The position numbers and the translations under genes are program-made. From Eledone cirrhosa (lineage: Eukaryota): a DNA stretch of 64,000 nucleotides. The stretch lies in assembly GCA_964016885.1 (NCBI GenBank), contig OZ024766.1, positions 8,184,001-8,248,000 of the forward strand. Reading direction: 5' to 3'. Shown in pieces: positions 13,385 through 27,457 of this stretch. The first letter of the stretch is position 1. Each line of letters begins with the position of its first letter. The notes under the pieces were generated by a model that was given only the letters and a program-made list of their open reading frames with translations, did not search any database and was not told the origin of the DNA.

Positions 13385-13855
13385 CTCTGGCCACTGATGT
13401 CCACTGTTGTCCACTGCTGCCACCAATATCAACTGTGATCTGAAATGTCCACTGCTCCAAGCTAAAATCAATGTCCACTAAAGGCAGAACTAACCAATAT
13501 AGCCACCAACATCCACAAAAGCCAGAATTGACTACTATAGCCCCCAATGTTCACTACAGTCAGAACTGACCACTAAAGCGCGAACTGCCCACTACAGCCA
13601 GAACTGACCACTACAACTCAAGCTGCCCACTACAGCCAGGACTGACCTCAACAACCCGAACTGCCCACTACAGCCACCAATTTCCACTGCCGCTAAAACC
13701 GACCACTACAGCCAGGACTGCCCACTAAAGCCAGGACTAACCACTACAACCAGAACTAACCACTACAGCCACAAATGTTCACTAAATCAAGAACTAATCA
13801 CTAAAGCTAGAATTGACTACTACAACCAGGACTGTTCACCACAACTGACCACTGA
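13385..13855. repeat. Degenerate ~19-bp repeat (ccactacagccagaactga)n upstream of the secreted-gene ATG (also ~34950-35415 and ~57565-58035)
   Basis: Roughly 20 imperfect ccactac/ccactaa-cored units. Confidence 0.75.
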
Positions 13856-14383
13856 ATATAAACATCTCAGTTACTAACACATATATGTATAGAGAGAGAG
13901 ACACGCTTCACTGAACATGGAGTGCTGTTTGGTCAATGGAGGGTGTAGGTGGATGGTGTAGTGGTAATCAATGACACTTATTGAATACATATATACACAC
14001 ACTTATACATGCATACTTATACATACACAGACACACAGTATGTATGTATCTCTCTCTCTATATATATATAATGAAGGAGTTGTGGTAAGAAACCAGATGG
14101 ACCATAACGCACCAGAGTACTCAATACTTAGGGTAGTAGGAAAATGTTTGACCTCGACGGCAGAGCTCAAGCCATTTCGATGGCTATTTCTGGACTCCAG
14201 AAAGAAGAATGGATATAAAATGGTGATGATGATGATGTATTATACAACCAAAATACTTGAAAAGGTGTTTATTTATTGACAATTATTTCAATTATTCACA
14301 ATTTAATCCTAGATAATATCAATATTCCAATCAATAGATCTACATGTTATTAAGAGTATATATATATATATATATACATATGT

Positions 14384-14680
14384 ATCATCATCATCACTGT
14401 TTTATATCCATTCTTCCACGCTAGCATGGGTTAGAAGGGCTGTCCTGTTGTGAGCAGTGTCCGGTCAGCTGACCATGTCTTGCTCATACAGGAACTGATT
14501 CTGGCTTGATTTCTACAGCTGGATGCCCTTCCTAACACCAACCTCATTTACAGTGAGTGCCTGGGTGCTTCTTGTTGTGACACCCACACAACCACTTTAC
14601 AGTGGGGGCTGGGGGCTTTTTTGCCGTGGCACCTCCACGACCGCTTTGCAGTGGGAGGGTGTGCGGGGCATATTGTCTAT
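14384..14680 (-). mobile_element. RTE LINE 3' UTR fragment, truncated by a deletion in unit I
   Basis: Same sequence as 35948-36245 with a (GAT)n tail on the minus strand. Confidence 0.7.
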
Positions 14681-14831
14681 ATTACAGATCGAACCTGACT
14701 CTGCACTCGCAAGGTCTTCAGATATGTTTATCGTTTCCAAGGCATTTCTTCATACTCATGATCACCGAAGAAACCTATGTCATATATTAATAAATTGTGT
14801 TTTCATGCATCACTGATTCCTCGTTATCTAT

Positions 14832-15362
14832 AATAATTGTTTCTACTTTAGGCACAAGGCCAGCAATTACCCCAGTGTATTACTGGTACTTTATTTTATC
14901 AACCCTGTAATAATTGTTTCTACTTTTGGCACAAGGCCAGCAAATAGCCAGTACATTACTGGTACTTTATTTTATCAACCCTGTAATAATTGTTTCTACT
15001 TTTGGCACAAGGCCAGCAATTACCCCAGTGTATTACTGGTACTTTATTTTATCAACCCTGTAATCATTGTTTCTACTTTAGGCACAAGGCCAGCAAATAC
15101 CCCAGTACATTACTGGTACTTTATTTTATCAACCCTGTAATAATTATTTCTACTTTTGGCACAAGGCCAGCAATTACCCCAGTGTATTACTGGTACTTTA
15201 TTTTATCAACCCTGTAATAATTGTTTCTACTTTTGGCACAAGGCCAGCAAATACCCCAGTACATTACTGGTACTTTATTTTATCAACCCTGTAATAATTA
15301 TTTCTACTTTTGGCACAAGGCCAGCAATAACCCCAGTACATTACTTGTACTTTATTTTATCG
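14832..15362. repeat. 77-bp SINE-tail-derived satellite, ~7 units (also 36706-37158 and 59328-59857)
   Basis: Unit taataattgtttctacttttggcacaaggccagcaattaccccagtgtattactggtactttattttatcaaccctg is the reverse complement of the SINE 3' end at 16695-16763. Confidence 0.9.
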
Positions 15363-15642
15363 AGCCCCTACTCTGCTCTGCACGAGCATTGAGTGCTCAA
15401 ACGGCATACCACCTACGGACACATTGCAACCTTACAACAAATATATATTTATATATGTATATATATTATATACATATATATAATTGATAGGAAAATCTGC
15501 TTCGTATAATCGAGACGTATCCGACAACTGAAAGGTACATGTATGTACATGCAATATATTCACAATTATTATAATCAATGCCACTTATATGCCTGTTATT
15601 TACATCAACACGGACATACTCACAAACATCGATATATTGCAA

Positions 15643-15833
15643 TAACCTGGGGTCAATGACCCTCAACTCGTCAACAAGCTGTCAAGGAATTTGAGAGATG
15701 GTGTCGACGTGGATGTTTTCAAGAAACATCTCGACACTCTGTTATCCAGGATCCTGGATGAGCCCACATCAAGGTACGAAGGTAACCTAAGGGCAACAGC
15801 AACGAACTCCCTCTTACACCAATGGCCAGCCAA
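15643..15833 (+). mobile_element. CR1/L2-group LINE ORF2 C-terminal fragment (also 37439-37629; longer copy at 60680-60940)
   Basis: Translates LGVNDPQLVNKLSRNLRDGVDVDVFKKHLDTLLSRILDEPT...RATATNSLLHQ; clade assigned from remembered motifs. Confidence 0.6.
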
Positions 15834-15835
15834 TT

Positions 15836-16140
15836 GAGAGTACAAGACTTCCCCCTAGACAGGACATCAGTCCATCACAGGGTTAAAGTCTGTCTTAGTT
15901 TCATTGGTGTTAAGTGACTGAGAGTACAAGACTTCCCCCTGGACAGGACATCAGTCCATCACAGAGTTAAAGTCTGTCTTAGTATCATTGGTGTTAAGTG
16001 ACTGAGAGTACAAGACTTCCCCCTGGACAGGACACCAGTCCATCACAGGGTTAAAGTCTGTCTTAGTTTCATTGGTGTTAAGTGACTGAGAGTACAAGAC
16101 TTCCCCCTGGACAGGACACCAGCCCATCACAGGGTTAAGG
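15836..16140. repeat. 84-bp satellite, ~3.6 units, at the unit I/II junction
   Basis: Same unit as 3490-3840. Confidence 0.92.
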
Positions 16141-16580
16141 TCTTATATATATATATTTATACATATATGTATATATATATATATATGTATTTCTGGAAGT
16201 CCAGAAACAGCCGTCGAAATGGCTTGAGCTCTGCCGCCGGAGTCTTGACTCTTTTCCTATTACCCACTCTACTACCCAAAGTATTGAGTACTCTGGTGGG
16301 TTATGGTCCACCTGGTGCCTTACTACACTTCCTTCGTTATATATATATAAAATAAAAATATATAATATTTATTTATACAATGATATTAAATAAATGGAAA
16401 CTATATTTATAAAACCATATTTATTCTAATATATATATTTCAAGGGTACCAAAATTTTGACATAACCAAGGAGAATATACCCTAACGGTTCAAAGTATAT
16501 ATATGTATATATATATAGTAAAATAAAAATATATAATAATTATTTATACATAGTATATATTATATTATTTATTATATATA

Positions 16581-17005
16581 TGGATTGACAGTATCGGTAG
16601 AGGGTTTGACGCCATGCTTTCCAGCATAGTTACGTCCCTTTACGATCTGAGTTCAAATCCCGCCGAGGTTGACTTTGCCTTTCATCCTTACGGGGTCGAT
16701 AAAATAAAGTACCAGTAATGCACTGGGTAATTGCTGGCCTTGTGCCTAAAGTAGAAACAATTATATATATGTATATATATAAATAAATATATATTTTTTA
16801 TTTTACTTTATTTTTGTATATAATTGCTTCCTCTTTTGGCACAAGGCCAGAAAGTAGCCAGTGCATTACTGGTACTTTATTTTATCGACCCCGTAAGGAT
16901 GAAAGGCAAAGTTAACCTCGGCGGGATTTGAACTCAGAATGGCAAGGACCGTAACTCTATACGTCAAACATGGCATCCGACCCTCTACCGATACTGCCAA
17001 TCCAC
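16581..17005. mobile_element. Inverted tail-to-tail SINE pair: 16581-16763 (+) and 16822-17005 (-); also 38463-38885
   Basis: gagttcaaatcccgccgaggttgactttgcctttcatccttacggggtcgataaaataaagtaccag, with its reverse complement after a ~60-nt spacer. Confidence 0.85.
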
Positions 17006-17439
17006 ATATAATATATACAGGTTGGTCCGAAAGTCATGTCACCCCCTACCAAAAAGTAATGAGAAACAGTTTATGTTCCCATCGCAGTATCATCCACTTC
17101 GGAGGAGTGGTTTGCCGAATCTATCTTGCAGTGAAGTCATCTCACATATATAAACATATATCGTGTCACATATATATATATATATGTATTTATTATTATT
17201 ACTATATACATATATATATAATAATAATAATAAATAGAAAGACCAAAACCTAAAGAGGACTCGATAAAGTTTCAGATGACCCTGCTAAGAGTAAAAGCAG
17301 AAGTGCTTTATTTAAACTTTTAATTCGGACTACTAATATATATATATTTATATATATATATCATCTTCAATGTAGAGAAATGGCTTATATAGGACTAGAA
17401 ATGTTTCAAAAGGCAATCAGGCAGGGAGAAAGAGGCTAA

Positions 17440-17685
17440 CAAGACGGGAAATACGTATTACTGCGGCTAGAGAAAGAAAGCTAGCTGTTTTGTTGCTTTC
17501 CGACAAGATACAAATCTGTGGCTGAAGAATAAGAAGCTACAACAACGTTAATGGCGGAGAAGAGAGGAAAAAATTGATTTATAAAAAATATCTTTAAAAT
17601 TTCTAATTTAACAACAAAGAGATTATTTCTTTGGTTGTTTAATAAAATATAAAAAGAGAACAGATTGATTACATGTGGAGAGGGT
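17440..17685 (+). promoter_or_regulatory. Putative promoter and non-coding first exon of ZNF copy 2 (intron 17684-20555)
   Basis: Locally CpG-richer, with a YY1-like aatggcgg motif at ~17551 and donor AGG|gtaagt at 17684. Strong acceptor ttttgtttctctgttatttcag ends at 20555, 362 nt before the ZNF ATG. Confidence 0.5.
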
Positions 17686-18099
17686 AAGTTGAGAAAGATT
17701 TACTTGAAGTCTAAAATAATGTGTGTAAATAATAGAATTATGTGAACCTAACAGCGATACAGTAATTATATAGAGGTGAAAGTATTTAACAACTTTGGAC
17801 ATATTTCTTCACTTTTATATACAGGAAAATACTGGGGACATATTTATTTCATAAATACATTACAAATCGTTTGCGATTCTTTCACAATGAATATATAAAC
17901 AGAGCATATAAATAAATTTACAGTGGAATAACATAACAAATATGTTTTAAATATATACATAAATAACATTATAAATAGCTCCCGATTCTGTCAGAAGGAC
18001 GTATTCTTTTAATGTTACAATATTAAAGAAAATGTAAAGGAAGGGGTGAACAACGGAGCCAACACCAGGGCAAAAGACAGCAACGAGGAATACTGGGCA

Positions 18100-18330
18100 A
18101 CCTCTCTAATGATTTTTTAGGCAAGCCAGCACACTGGCAGCGTAACTTCAGGTGATGGCGAGGCTGATGCGCTGAAACAGCCAAGCACCCTCGCGAGGTT
18201 CGCCAGTTACCTCTATTAGGCGAGCCGCCAGTGAAGAGAGGAACCTCGCAGTCAGCGGCCCGACTCCCCCAAATGTCTCGAAAGCCACAGGCTGAAAAAT
18301 GTAGCTAAATACTTCTAGACTGAAATGTTG
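18100..18330 (-). mobile_element. CRE-like (RLE-type) non-LTR retrotransposon C-terminal fragment (also 40005-40230)
   Basis: FQPVAFETFGGVGPLTARFLSSLAARLIEVTGEPREGAWLFQRIS(L/P)AI..., a characteristic CRE-clade C-terminus. Confidence 0.75.
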
Positions 18331-18529
18331 ATGTCGTATTTTGGTAAATTTATAGGAAAAACACGCCTTCCCTCGATTTCAGTGGGGAAGTTAGTTTTTT
18401 GAGTTATCAATTAATGTAACCTCTTGGATGCGGGCAATCGAATTATTCACCCGAAAAAAAATTAGATGGATACTCTAAACATTAAAACTAAACCCTTAAT
18501 CTAACCCTTTAGCATTTAAACCAGGCATG

Positions 18530-20480
18530 ATATAATTAAGTAAGAAAGTTATTAATTAAATTTTAATTATTTTGATTTTTGTTAAATTTGTTTTAATTAT
18601 TATTTTAAATCCAAAACAGTTATTGTTAAATTTTAAGTATATTAAAGAAAGTATATTTTTTTAAATATCAAATAAGAAAGTTATTAATTAAAATTATTTA
18701 GTTTTATTTTTTTAAATACTTTTCATCTCTGTTTAATTTTTTTTTTTTTATAATTTTAAGAAAAGTAAATACGAAACAAATTATAATTTTTTTTCTTTTT
18801 GATTAAAATATTTGATTAAAATCTTTTTTGATTAAAATTTAAAAAAAAAACCTAAATTCTAATATTCCAAAGTATCTATAATACATCATAATAATGTTGT
18901 ATCCAATATAGAATATTGCCGAAGATGTTTTCTTGAATAGCATGGCACCACAGGAACTCCTGGAGGGGAGAGCTGTAAAGTGCCTCATCTGTTCTTGTCA
19001 TGGCACAGAATTAGACTGTGTAAAGCCCCCAGCTGCCTTCCACACGGTTTGTGTGGATTGTGGGGTTGTTAGGGTCCACAAGGTTGTAACATGGGTTACC
19101 AACTTGTTGTGGGAGGACATTGTATGACTGCTGGCCTTTGGTAGATTGTAGGGTTGTTAGGGTCCACAAGGTTGTAACAAGGGTTACCAACTACATGTTG
19201 TGGGAGGACTTTGTATGACTGCCAGCCTTCGGTGGATTGTGGGGTTGTTAGGGTCCACAAGGTTGTAACAAGGTTACCAAGTTGTTGTGGGAGGACATTG
19301 TATGACTGCCGGCCTTTGGTAGATTGTGGGGTTGTTAGGGTCCACAAGGGTTACCAACTTGTGGGAGGACATTGTATGACTGCCAGCCTTTGGTGGATTG
19401 TGGGGTCGTTAGGGTCCACAAGGTTGTAACAAGGGTTACCAACTACATGTTGTGGGAGGACATTGTATGACTGCCAGCCTTCGGTGGATTGTGGGGTTGT
19501 TAGGGTCCACAAGGTTGTAACAAGGGTTACCAACTTGTTGTGGGAGGACATTGTATGACTGCCGGCCTTTGGTAGATTGTGGGGTTGTTAGGGTCCACAA
19601 CGTTGTAACAAGGGTTACCAACTTGTTGTGGGAGGACATTGTATGACTGCCAGCCTTTGGTGGATTGTGGGGTTGTTAGGGTCCACAAGGTTGTAACAAG
19701 GGTTACCAACTTGTTGTGGGAGGACATTGTATGACTGCCAGCCTTTGGTGGATTGTGGGGTTGTTAGGGTCCACAAGGTTGTAACAAGGGTTACCAACTT
19801 GTTGTGGGAGGACTTTGTATGACTGCCAGCCTTCGGTGGATTGTGGGGTTGTTAGGGTCCACAAGGTTGTAACAAGGGTTACCAACTTGTTGTGGGAGGA
19901 CTTTGTATGACTGCCAGCCTTTGGTTACAATGCAATTACATGGACGAATGTACAGAGCAATGGTGGGTAAAAGGGTCGCTACATCTCGTTGTTCCACAGG
20001 TACCACAATTGTCACCTCACTCCAACATAACAAGAACGATAATCCACAAAAATCAACAACAAAATAATTTAAAAAAAAATTAAATAATTCAAAATTTAAT
20101 TAATAACTTTCTTACTTTTAAGAAAAATAATTTTTAAAAAATGTACTTTCCTTAAGATTATTTTTAAAAATAATTTAACAAGAATCAAAAAAAATTTAAA
20201 TAATTTAAAATTTAATTAATAACTTTCTTAGTAACATTTTTTAAAAAAATGTACTTTTCTGAAAATTATTTTAAAAAATAATTTAACAAAAAATATAAAT
20301 TAAATAATTAAAAATTTAACTAATAATAACTTTCTTAATTAATTACATTAAAAAAAATAATAATAATAATTTCAAATAAACATTAAATTAAATAATTTAA
20401 AATATAATTAAAATTTAATTAACAATAACTTTCTTATTTAATTACACTAAATAAAAAAAATAATTTAACTACAAGATGCC
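18530..20480. mobile_element. Foldback-like structure: AT-rich modular inverted arms around a ~1.2-kb core (also ~40428-42080)
   Basis: The left arm repeats aagaaagttattaattaaattttaattatttt; the right arm repeats its reverse complement aaataatt.aaaatttaattaataactttctt. Confidence 0.55.
19052..19924. repeat. 88-bp satellite, ~10 units
   Basis: Unit gtggattgtggggttgttagggtccacaaggttgtaacaagggttaccaacttgttgtgggaggacattgtatgactgccagcctttg. Confidence 0.92.
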
Positions 20481-20917
20481 CATAACATTAATTCTGTAAA
20501 ATACCATTTTAATATCCTCTCCTCTATATCTTATTTTGTTTCTCTGTTATTTCAGAATATCACCTGACATTGACAGAAGAGAAATTTTAAATTGAGATAC
20601 ATCATCAATATCATCTTTAAAAAGACTAACACAAGATTTTACATAAATCTTATAAAACATTTGATGAATTACGGCAAAATATTTCTTCTGAATTGAGGTT
20701 TGTAAATAAATTTCTCTTCTTCACACTCTGGAAAGTGTACGAGAAGATTCTGCATTCTTATTAAACTTGAATTAATTTACAAAGGAGCTTGCACCATTTT
20801 CAGTTGTCAACAAATATCACAGTTGATGGAAATATTTGTTGGGAACAAAACCAAGAAAAATATCTTTATTTTGTACTGAGAGAAGAAAAGTAAAGATTTA
20901 TATTTTCACCTGAAGAG

Positions 20918-22369
20918 ATGTCGAAGGAGATAGGGGTATCATTATATCACTGTGATGTCTGTGGTAAATCATTCTCTGGAGAAGATAGCCTCTCAACTCA
21001 TAAATGTACTCACACAGGAGAGAAATCATATCTTTGGGATGTCTGCAATAAATCATACTCTGAGGAAGATAGCCTCTTAACACACAAACGTATACATACA
21101 GGAAAGAGGCCATATCACTGTGGTATCTGTGGTAAGTCATTCTCACGGAGAGGAAACTTAACTACACACAAATATATACATAGAGGAGAGAAACCTCATC
21201 GCTGTGATATCTGTGGTAAGTCATTCTCACATGCAGGAACCTTGACTACACACAAACGTATACATACAGGAGAGAAGCCATATCACTGTGGTATCTGTGG
21301 TAAGTCATTCTCACATGCAGGAAACGTGACTACACACAAACGTATACATACAGTAGAGAAGCCATATCGCTGTGATATCTGTGGTAAGTCATTCTCACGT
21401 GCAGTAACCTTGACTACACACAAGCGTATACATACAGGAGAGAAGCCATATCATTGTGATATCTGTGGTAAGTCATTCTCACAGACAGGAAGCTTGACTA
21501 TACACAAACGTATGCATACAGGAGAGAAGCCATACCACTGTGATATCTGTGGTAAGTCATTCTCACAGGCAGGAAACGTGACTCCACATAAATATATACA
21601 TACAGGACAGAAACCTCATCACTGTGATATCTGTGGTAAGTCATTCTCGCAGACAGATCAGTTAACCCAGCACAAACGTATACATACAGGAGAGAAGCCA
21701 TATCAATGTGATATCTGTGGTAAGTCATTCTCACAGACATATCACTTAACACAGCACAAACGTATACATACAGGAGAGAAGCCATATCACTGTGATATCT
21801 GTAGTAAGTCATTCTCACAGACATCTCATTTAACAATACACAAACGTATACATACAGGAGAGAAACCTCATCGCTGTAATATCTGTGGTAAGTCGTTCTC
21901 GCAGACAGATCAGTTAACACAGCACAAACGTATACATACAGGAGAGAAGCCATATCACTGTGATATCTGTGGTAAGTCATTCTCACAGAGAGGAACCTTG
22001 ACTACACACAAATATATACATAGAGGAGAGAAACCTCATCGCTGTGATATCTGTGGTAAGTCATTCTCACAGGCAGTTCATTTAACAAAACACAAATATA
22101 TTCATACAGGAGAGAAGCCATACCAATGTGATATCTGTGGTAAGTCATTCTCACAGGCAGGAACGTTAACTAAGCACAAATATATACATACAGGAGAGAA
22201 ACCTCATCGCTGTGATATCTGTGGTAAGTCCTTCTCGCAGACAGTTCATTTAACAAAACACAAATATATTCATACAGGAGAGAAGCCATACCAATGTGAT
22301 ATCTGTGGTAAGTCATTCTCACAGATAGGAAACTTGACTACACACAAATGTATACATACAGGAAATTGA
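20918..22369 (+). CDS. C2H2 zinc-finger array protein, copy 2: 483 aa, 17 fingers (finger 2 has C->W), no effector domain
   Basis: Intact ORF: 11-aa leader followed by 17 x 28-aa fingers. Confidence 0.95.
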   Translation: MSKEIGVSLYHCDVCGKSFSGEDSLSTHKCTHTGEKSYLWDVCNKSYSEEDSLLTHKRIHTGKRPYHCGICGKSFSRRGNLTTHKYIHRGEKPHRCDICGKSFSHAGTLTTHKRIHTGEKPYHCGICGKSFSHAGNVTTHKRIHTVEKPYRCDICGKSFSRAVTLTTHKRIHTGEKPYHCDICGKSFSQTGSLTIHKRMHTGEKPYHCDICGKSFSQAGNVTPHKYIHTGQKPHHCDICGKSFSQTDQLTQHKRIHTGEKPYQCDICGKSFSQTYHLTQHKRIHTGEKPYHCDICSKSFSQTSHLTIHKRIHTGEKPHRCNICGKSFSQTDQLTQHKRIHTGEKPYHCDICGKSFSQRGTLTTHKYIHRGEKPHRCDICGKSFSQAVHLTKHKYIHTGEKPYQCDICGKSFSQAGTLTKHKYIHTGEKPHRCDICGKSFSQTVHLTKHKYIHTGEKPYQCDICGKSFSQIGNLTTHKCIHTGN

Positions 22370-23301
22370 GTGACCATGTAGACGTTTACTCAGTGATATG
22401 TAATTGATACCCTTTGATTAACCATCGATTGAATATGATTCAAATTGTTTTTCTGACTATATTAAATTATGTCCGCGTCTTTTAACATATGACACCTGTT
22501 TTATGAAAGAGCAGGAAATATTGTCAAAGACAGCACGTACCTGCTTTCTTTACTATAACTTTAATTAATCTAATTATATCTTGTGTAGCAATTATCTCAT
22601 GTTAAGGTGAAAGTTAATATTTTCTAGATAACATAGAGTGAGCTACATGTTTCAGGGTAGGTGTTTCATCTCCTACATGATTAAATATTTCATTTCATGA
22701 GAAACTACGCTACATCGTGAATTGGTTGTTCCACATTTTACTGAACAGTGAGAAATAAGTTTAAATCACCAACATCTGAACAATTAGCTTTCTTGGTCTT
22801 TCTTGAGTTTACACTTGGAATTGAAATATAAAGTACATATTATTTGTATTGTTAATACAGTAGATATTGAGTTCTTTTCTACACCACAATTTTATTTCCT
22901 TGACATCAGTCTTACACTGTCATATCTATTCTTACTTTACAGTTCTGTCAACTAAGAGTTCCATTACAATCTGTATTAAAAGAATGACTATTTCACCAGA
23001 ACATCTGCTGCTAGTCATTTACGGACACCCTATATCTTTTAGACCACACATCATTAATTATACATAGCCACTTTTCTTAACATAGAAATAGAAGTCTTTT
23101 TCTCTACAATAATACATATGTACCACTTGGAGAAGACTCACTTTGCTACAAGCATTCTATTGGTATGTAGAAAATATATCTACATTGCATATTTTCCACA
23201 CGTGTAAACATAGTCCTATGATATCTAAGACAAGAAACTGAACTGTAATATATTATAAACACAGATATTTCTCAACTTTTAAGAATTCTTCAAAAATTAC
23301 T

Positions 23302-24450
<1,149 letters not shown>

Positions 24451-24809
24451 AATGTTTTGTGTCTCTAACTATCACAGGAAAAACATGCGCAGTCATGAAA
24501 CAAAACAAACTAAGACAAGAAGGAGTAGAGGTTTAAAACCAGGAAAAAAAGGAGGCACAATACAAATAGTCATTGAGGAGGTCATAATGTGACAAAAGAA
24601 ATTTGATTAACAAATGAATAACAAACAATAAAGATAAAGTAAAAATAAAATGGTGCAGGTGTTTCTTTATATTGGCATCATGATTATCCCCAAATATAAA
24701 AATATATATGCATATGTATATACACATACATGTACATATATTTATATATGTTTGTATATATATATATATGTATACATGTACATATATTTATATGTTTGTG
24801 TATATATAT

Positions 24810-25495
24810 CATCACAGGGTTAAAGTCTATCTTAGTTTCATTGGTGTTAAGTGACTGAGAGTACAAGACTTTCTCTTGGACAGGACACCAGTCCATCACA
24901 GGGTTAAAGTCTGTCTTAGTTTCATTGGTGTTAAGTGACTGAGAGTACAAAACTTCCCCCTGGACAGGACACTAGTCCATCACAGGGTTAAAGTCTGTCT
25001 TAGTTTCATTGGTGTTAAGTGACTGAGAGTACAAGACTTCCCCTTGGACAGGACACCAGTCCATCACAGGGTTAAAGTCTGTCTTAGTTTCATTGGTGTT
25101 AAGTGACTGAGAGTACAAGACTTCCTCTTGGACAGGACACCAGTCCATCACAGGGTTAAACTCTGTCTTAGTTTCATCGGTGTTAAGTGACTGAGAGTAC
25201 AAGACTTCCCCCTGGACAGGACACCAGTCCATCACAGGGTTAATGTCTGTCTTAGTTTCATTGGTGTTAAGTGACTGAGAGTACAAGACTTCCCCCTGGA
25301 CGGGACACCAGTCCATCACAGGGTTAAAGTCTGTCTTAGTTTCATTGGTGTTAAGTGACAGAGTACAAGACTTCCCCTTGGACAGGACACCAGTCCATCA
25401 GGGTTAAAGTCTGTCATAGTTTCAATGGTGTTAAGTGACTGAGAGTACAAGACTTCCCCCTGGACAGGACACCAGTCCATCACTGGGTTAAGGTC
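24810..25495. repeat. 84-bp satellite, ~8 units
   Basis: Same unit as 3490-3840. Confidence 0.92.
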
Positions 25496-26437
25496 TTATA
25501 AATATATTTATGTATTTCTGGAAGTCCAGAAACAGCCGTCGAAATGGCTTGAGCTCTGCCGTCGGAGTCTTGACTCTTTTCCTATTACCCACTCTACCAC
25601 CTGGTGCCTTACTACACTTCCTTCGTTATATATATATAAAATAAAAATATATAATATTTATTTATACAATGATATTAAATAAATGGAAACTATATTTATA
25701 AAACCATATTTATTCTATTATATATATTTCAAGGGTACGAAAATTTTGACATAACCAAGGAGAATATACCCTAACGGTTCAAAGTATATATATGTATATA
25801 TATATAGTAAAATAAAAATATATAATAATTATTTATACATAGTATATATTATATTATTTATTATATATATGTATATATATAAATAAATATATATTTTTTA
25901 TTTTACTATATTTTTGTATATAATTGTTTCCTCTTTTGGCACAAGGCCAGCAATGACCCAGTGCATTACTGGTACTTTATTTTATCGACCCCGTAAGGAT
26001 GAAAGGCAAAGTTAACCTCGGCGGGATTTGAACTGAGAATGGCAAGGACCGTAACTCTATACGTCAAAGCATGGCAGCCGACCCTCTACCGATACTGCCA
26101 ATCCACATATAATATATACAGGTTGGTCCGAAAGTCATGTCACCCCCTACCAAAAAGTAATGAGAAACAGTTTATGTTCCCATCGCAGTATCATCCCCTT
26201 CGGAGGAGCTGGTTTGCCGAATCTATCTTGCAGTGAAGTCATCTCACATATATAAACATATATCGTGTCACATATATATATATATATGTATTTATTATTA
26301 TTACTATATACATATATATATAATAATAATAATAAAAAATAGAAAGACCAAAACCTAAAGAGGACTCGATAAAGTTTCAGATGACCCTGCTAAGAGTAAA
26401 AGCAGAAATGCTTTGTTTAAACTTTTAATTCGGACTA

Positions 26438-26476
<39 letters not shown>

Positions 26477-27420
26477 TCTTCAATGTAGAGAAATGGCTTA
26501 TATAGGACTAGAACGGTTTTAAAGGGCAATCAGGCAGGGAGAAAGAGGCTAACAATTCTCGGGCCGGGTGATGTTGTTTCCTTGAGCAAGACACTTTATT
26601 TCGCATTGCTCCAGTTTACTTAGTTGTAGAAATGAGATGATAGGGACTGGGGTCCCTATCGTTCCACTGTAAAGTGGTCGTGGAGGTGCCATGGCAAAAA
26701 AGCACCCAGCACTCACTGTAAATGAGGTTGGTGTTAGGAAGGGCATCCAGCTGTAGAAATCAAGCCAGAATCACTATGAGCAAGACAAGGTCAGCCGACT
26801 GGACACTGCCCACAACAGGACAACCCGTCTAACCCATGCTAGCATGGAAGAACGGCTGTAAAACGGTGATGATGATGATGATGATACATGGGCAGAGGTG
26901 GTGGGAACAGACCACAGATCGCTGAAGCTCATGGTGGAGAGGACGAAGGACCGTGACAAGTGGAGAGATGCTGTGCTGAATAGGACCCGTGCCACTCTTG
27001 CAAGTAGGGAAAAGAGGACGTAAAAGTGACACAGTGGAGACAGGTTAGTTGGACATGCTCAACGACATCCAGAGTTTACACTACACTCAGTGCTCCTGTG
27101 GGAGCCCCTGCATGGACACACTAGAAGAGGAAGACCGAGGTTAACGTATGTTGATGCCTTAAGGACAGATACTGGTCTGTTGGAGACGCAGGGCATGGCA
27201 ACGATAATGAGGGACAGAAGCTGGTGGAGAGAACTCGTCCATAGATCTTTGGAATTTTACCCGCCCTAGGCATATATATATATATATATATTTTTTTTTT
27301 CTTATGATTTTTATCGTTGAGTTTTTAATGCATTTTCTCTCTTCATGATATCTTCTATATTTGGATTACATTGAGTTCTTCATACGGATTGGACACTACT
27401 GTTTTATTTTGGTAGATTTA

Positions 27421-27457
<37 letters not shown>

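Noticed and set aside
21498-21986. Antisense and alternate-frame ORFs over the ZNF arrays
   Set aside because: Shadow frames of the 84-bp finger periodicity.
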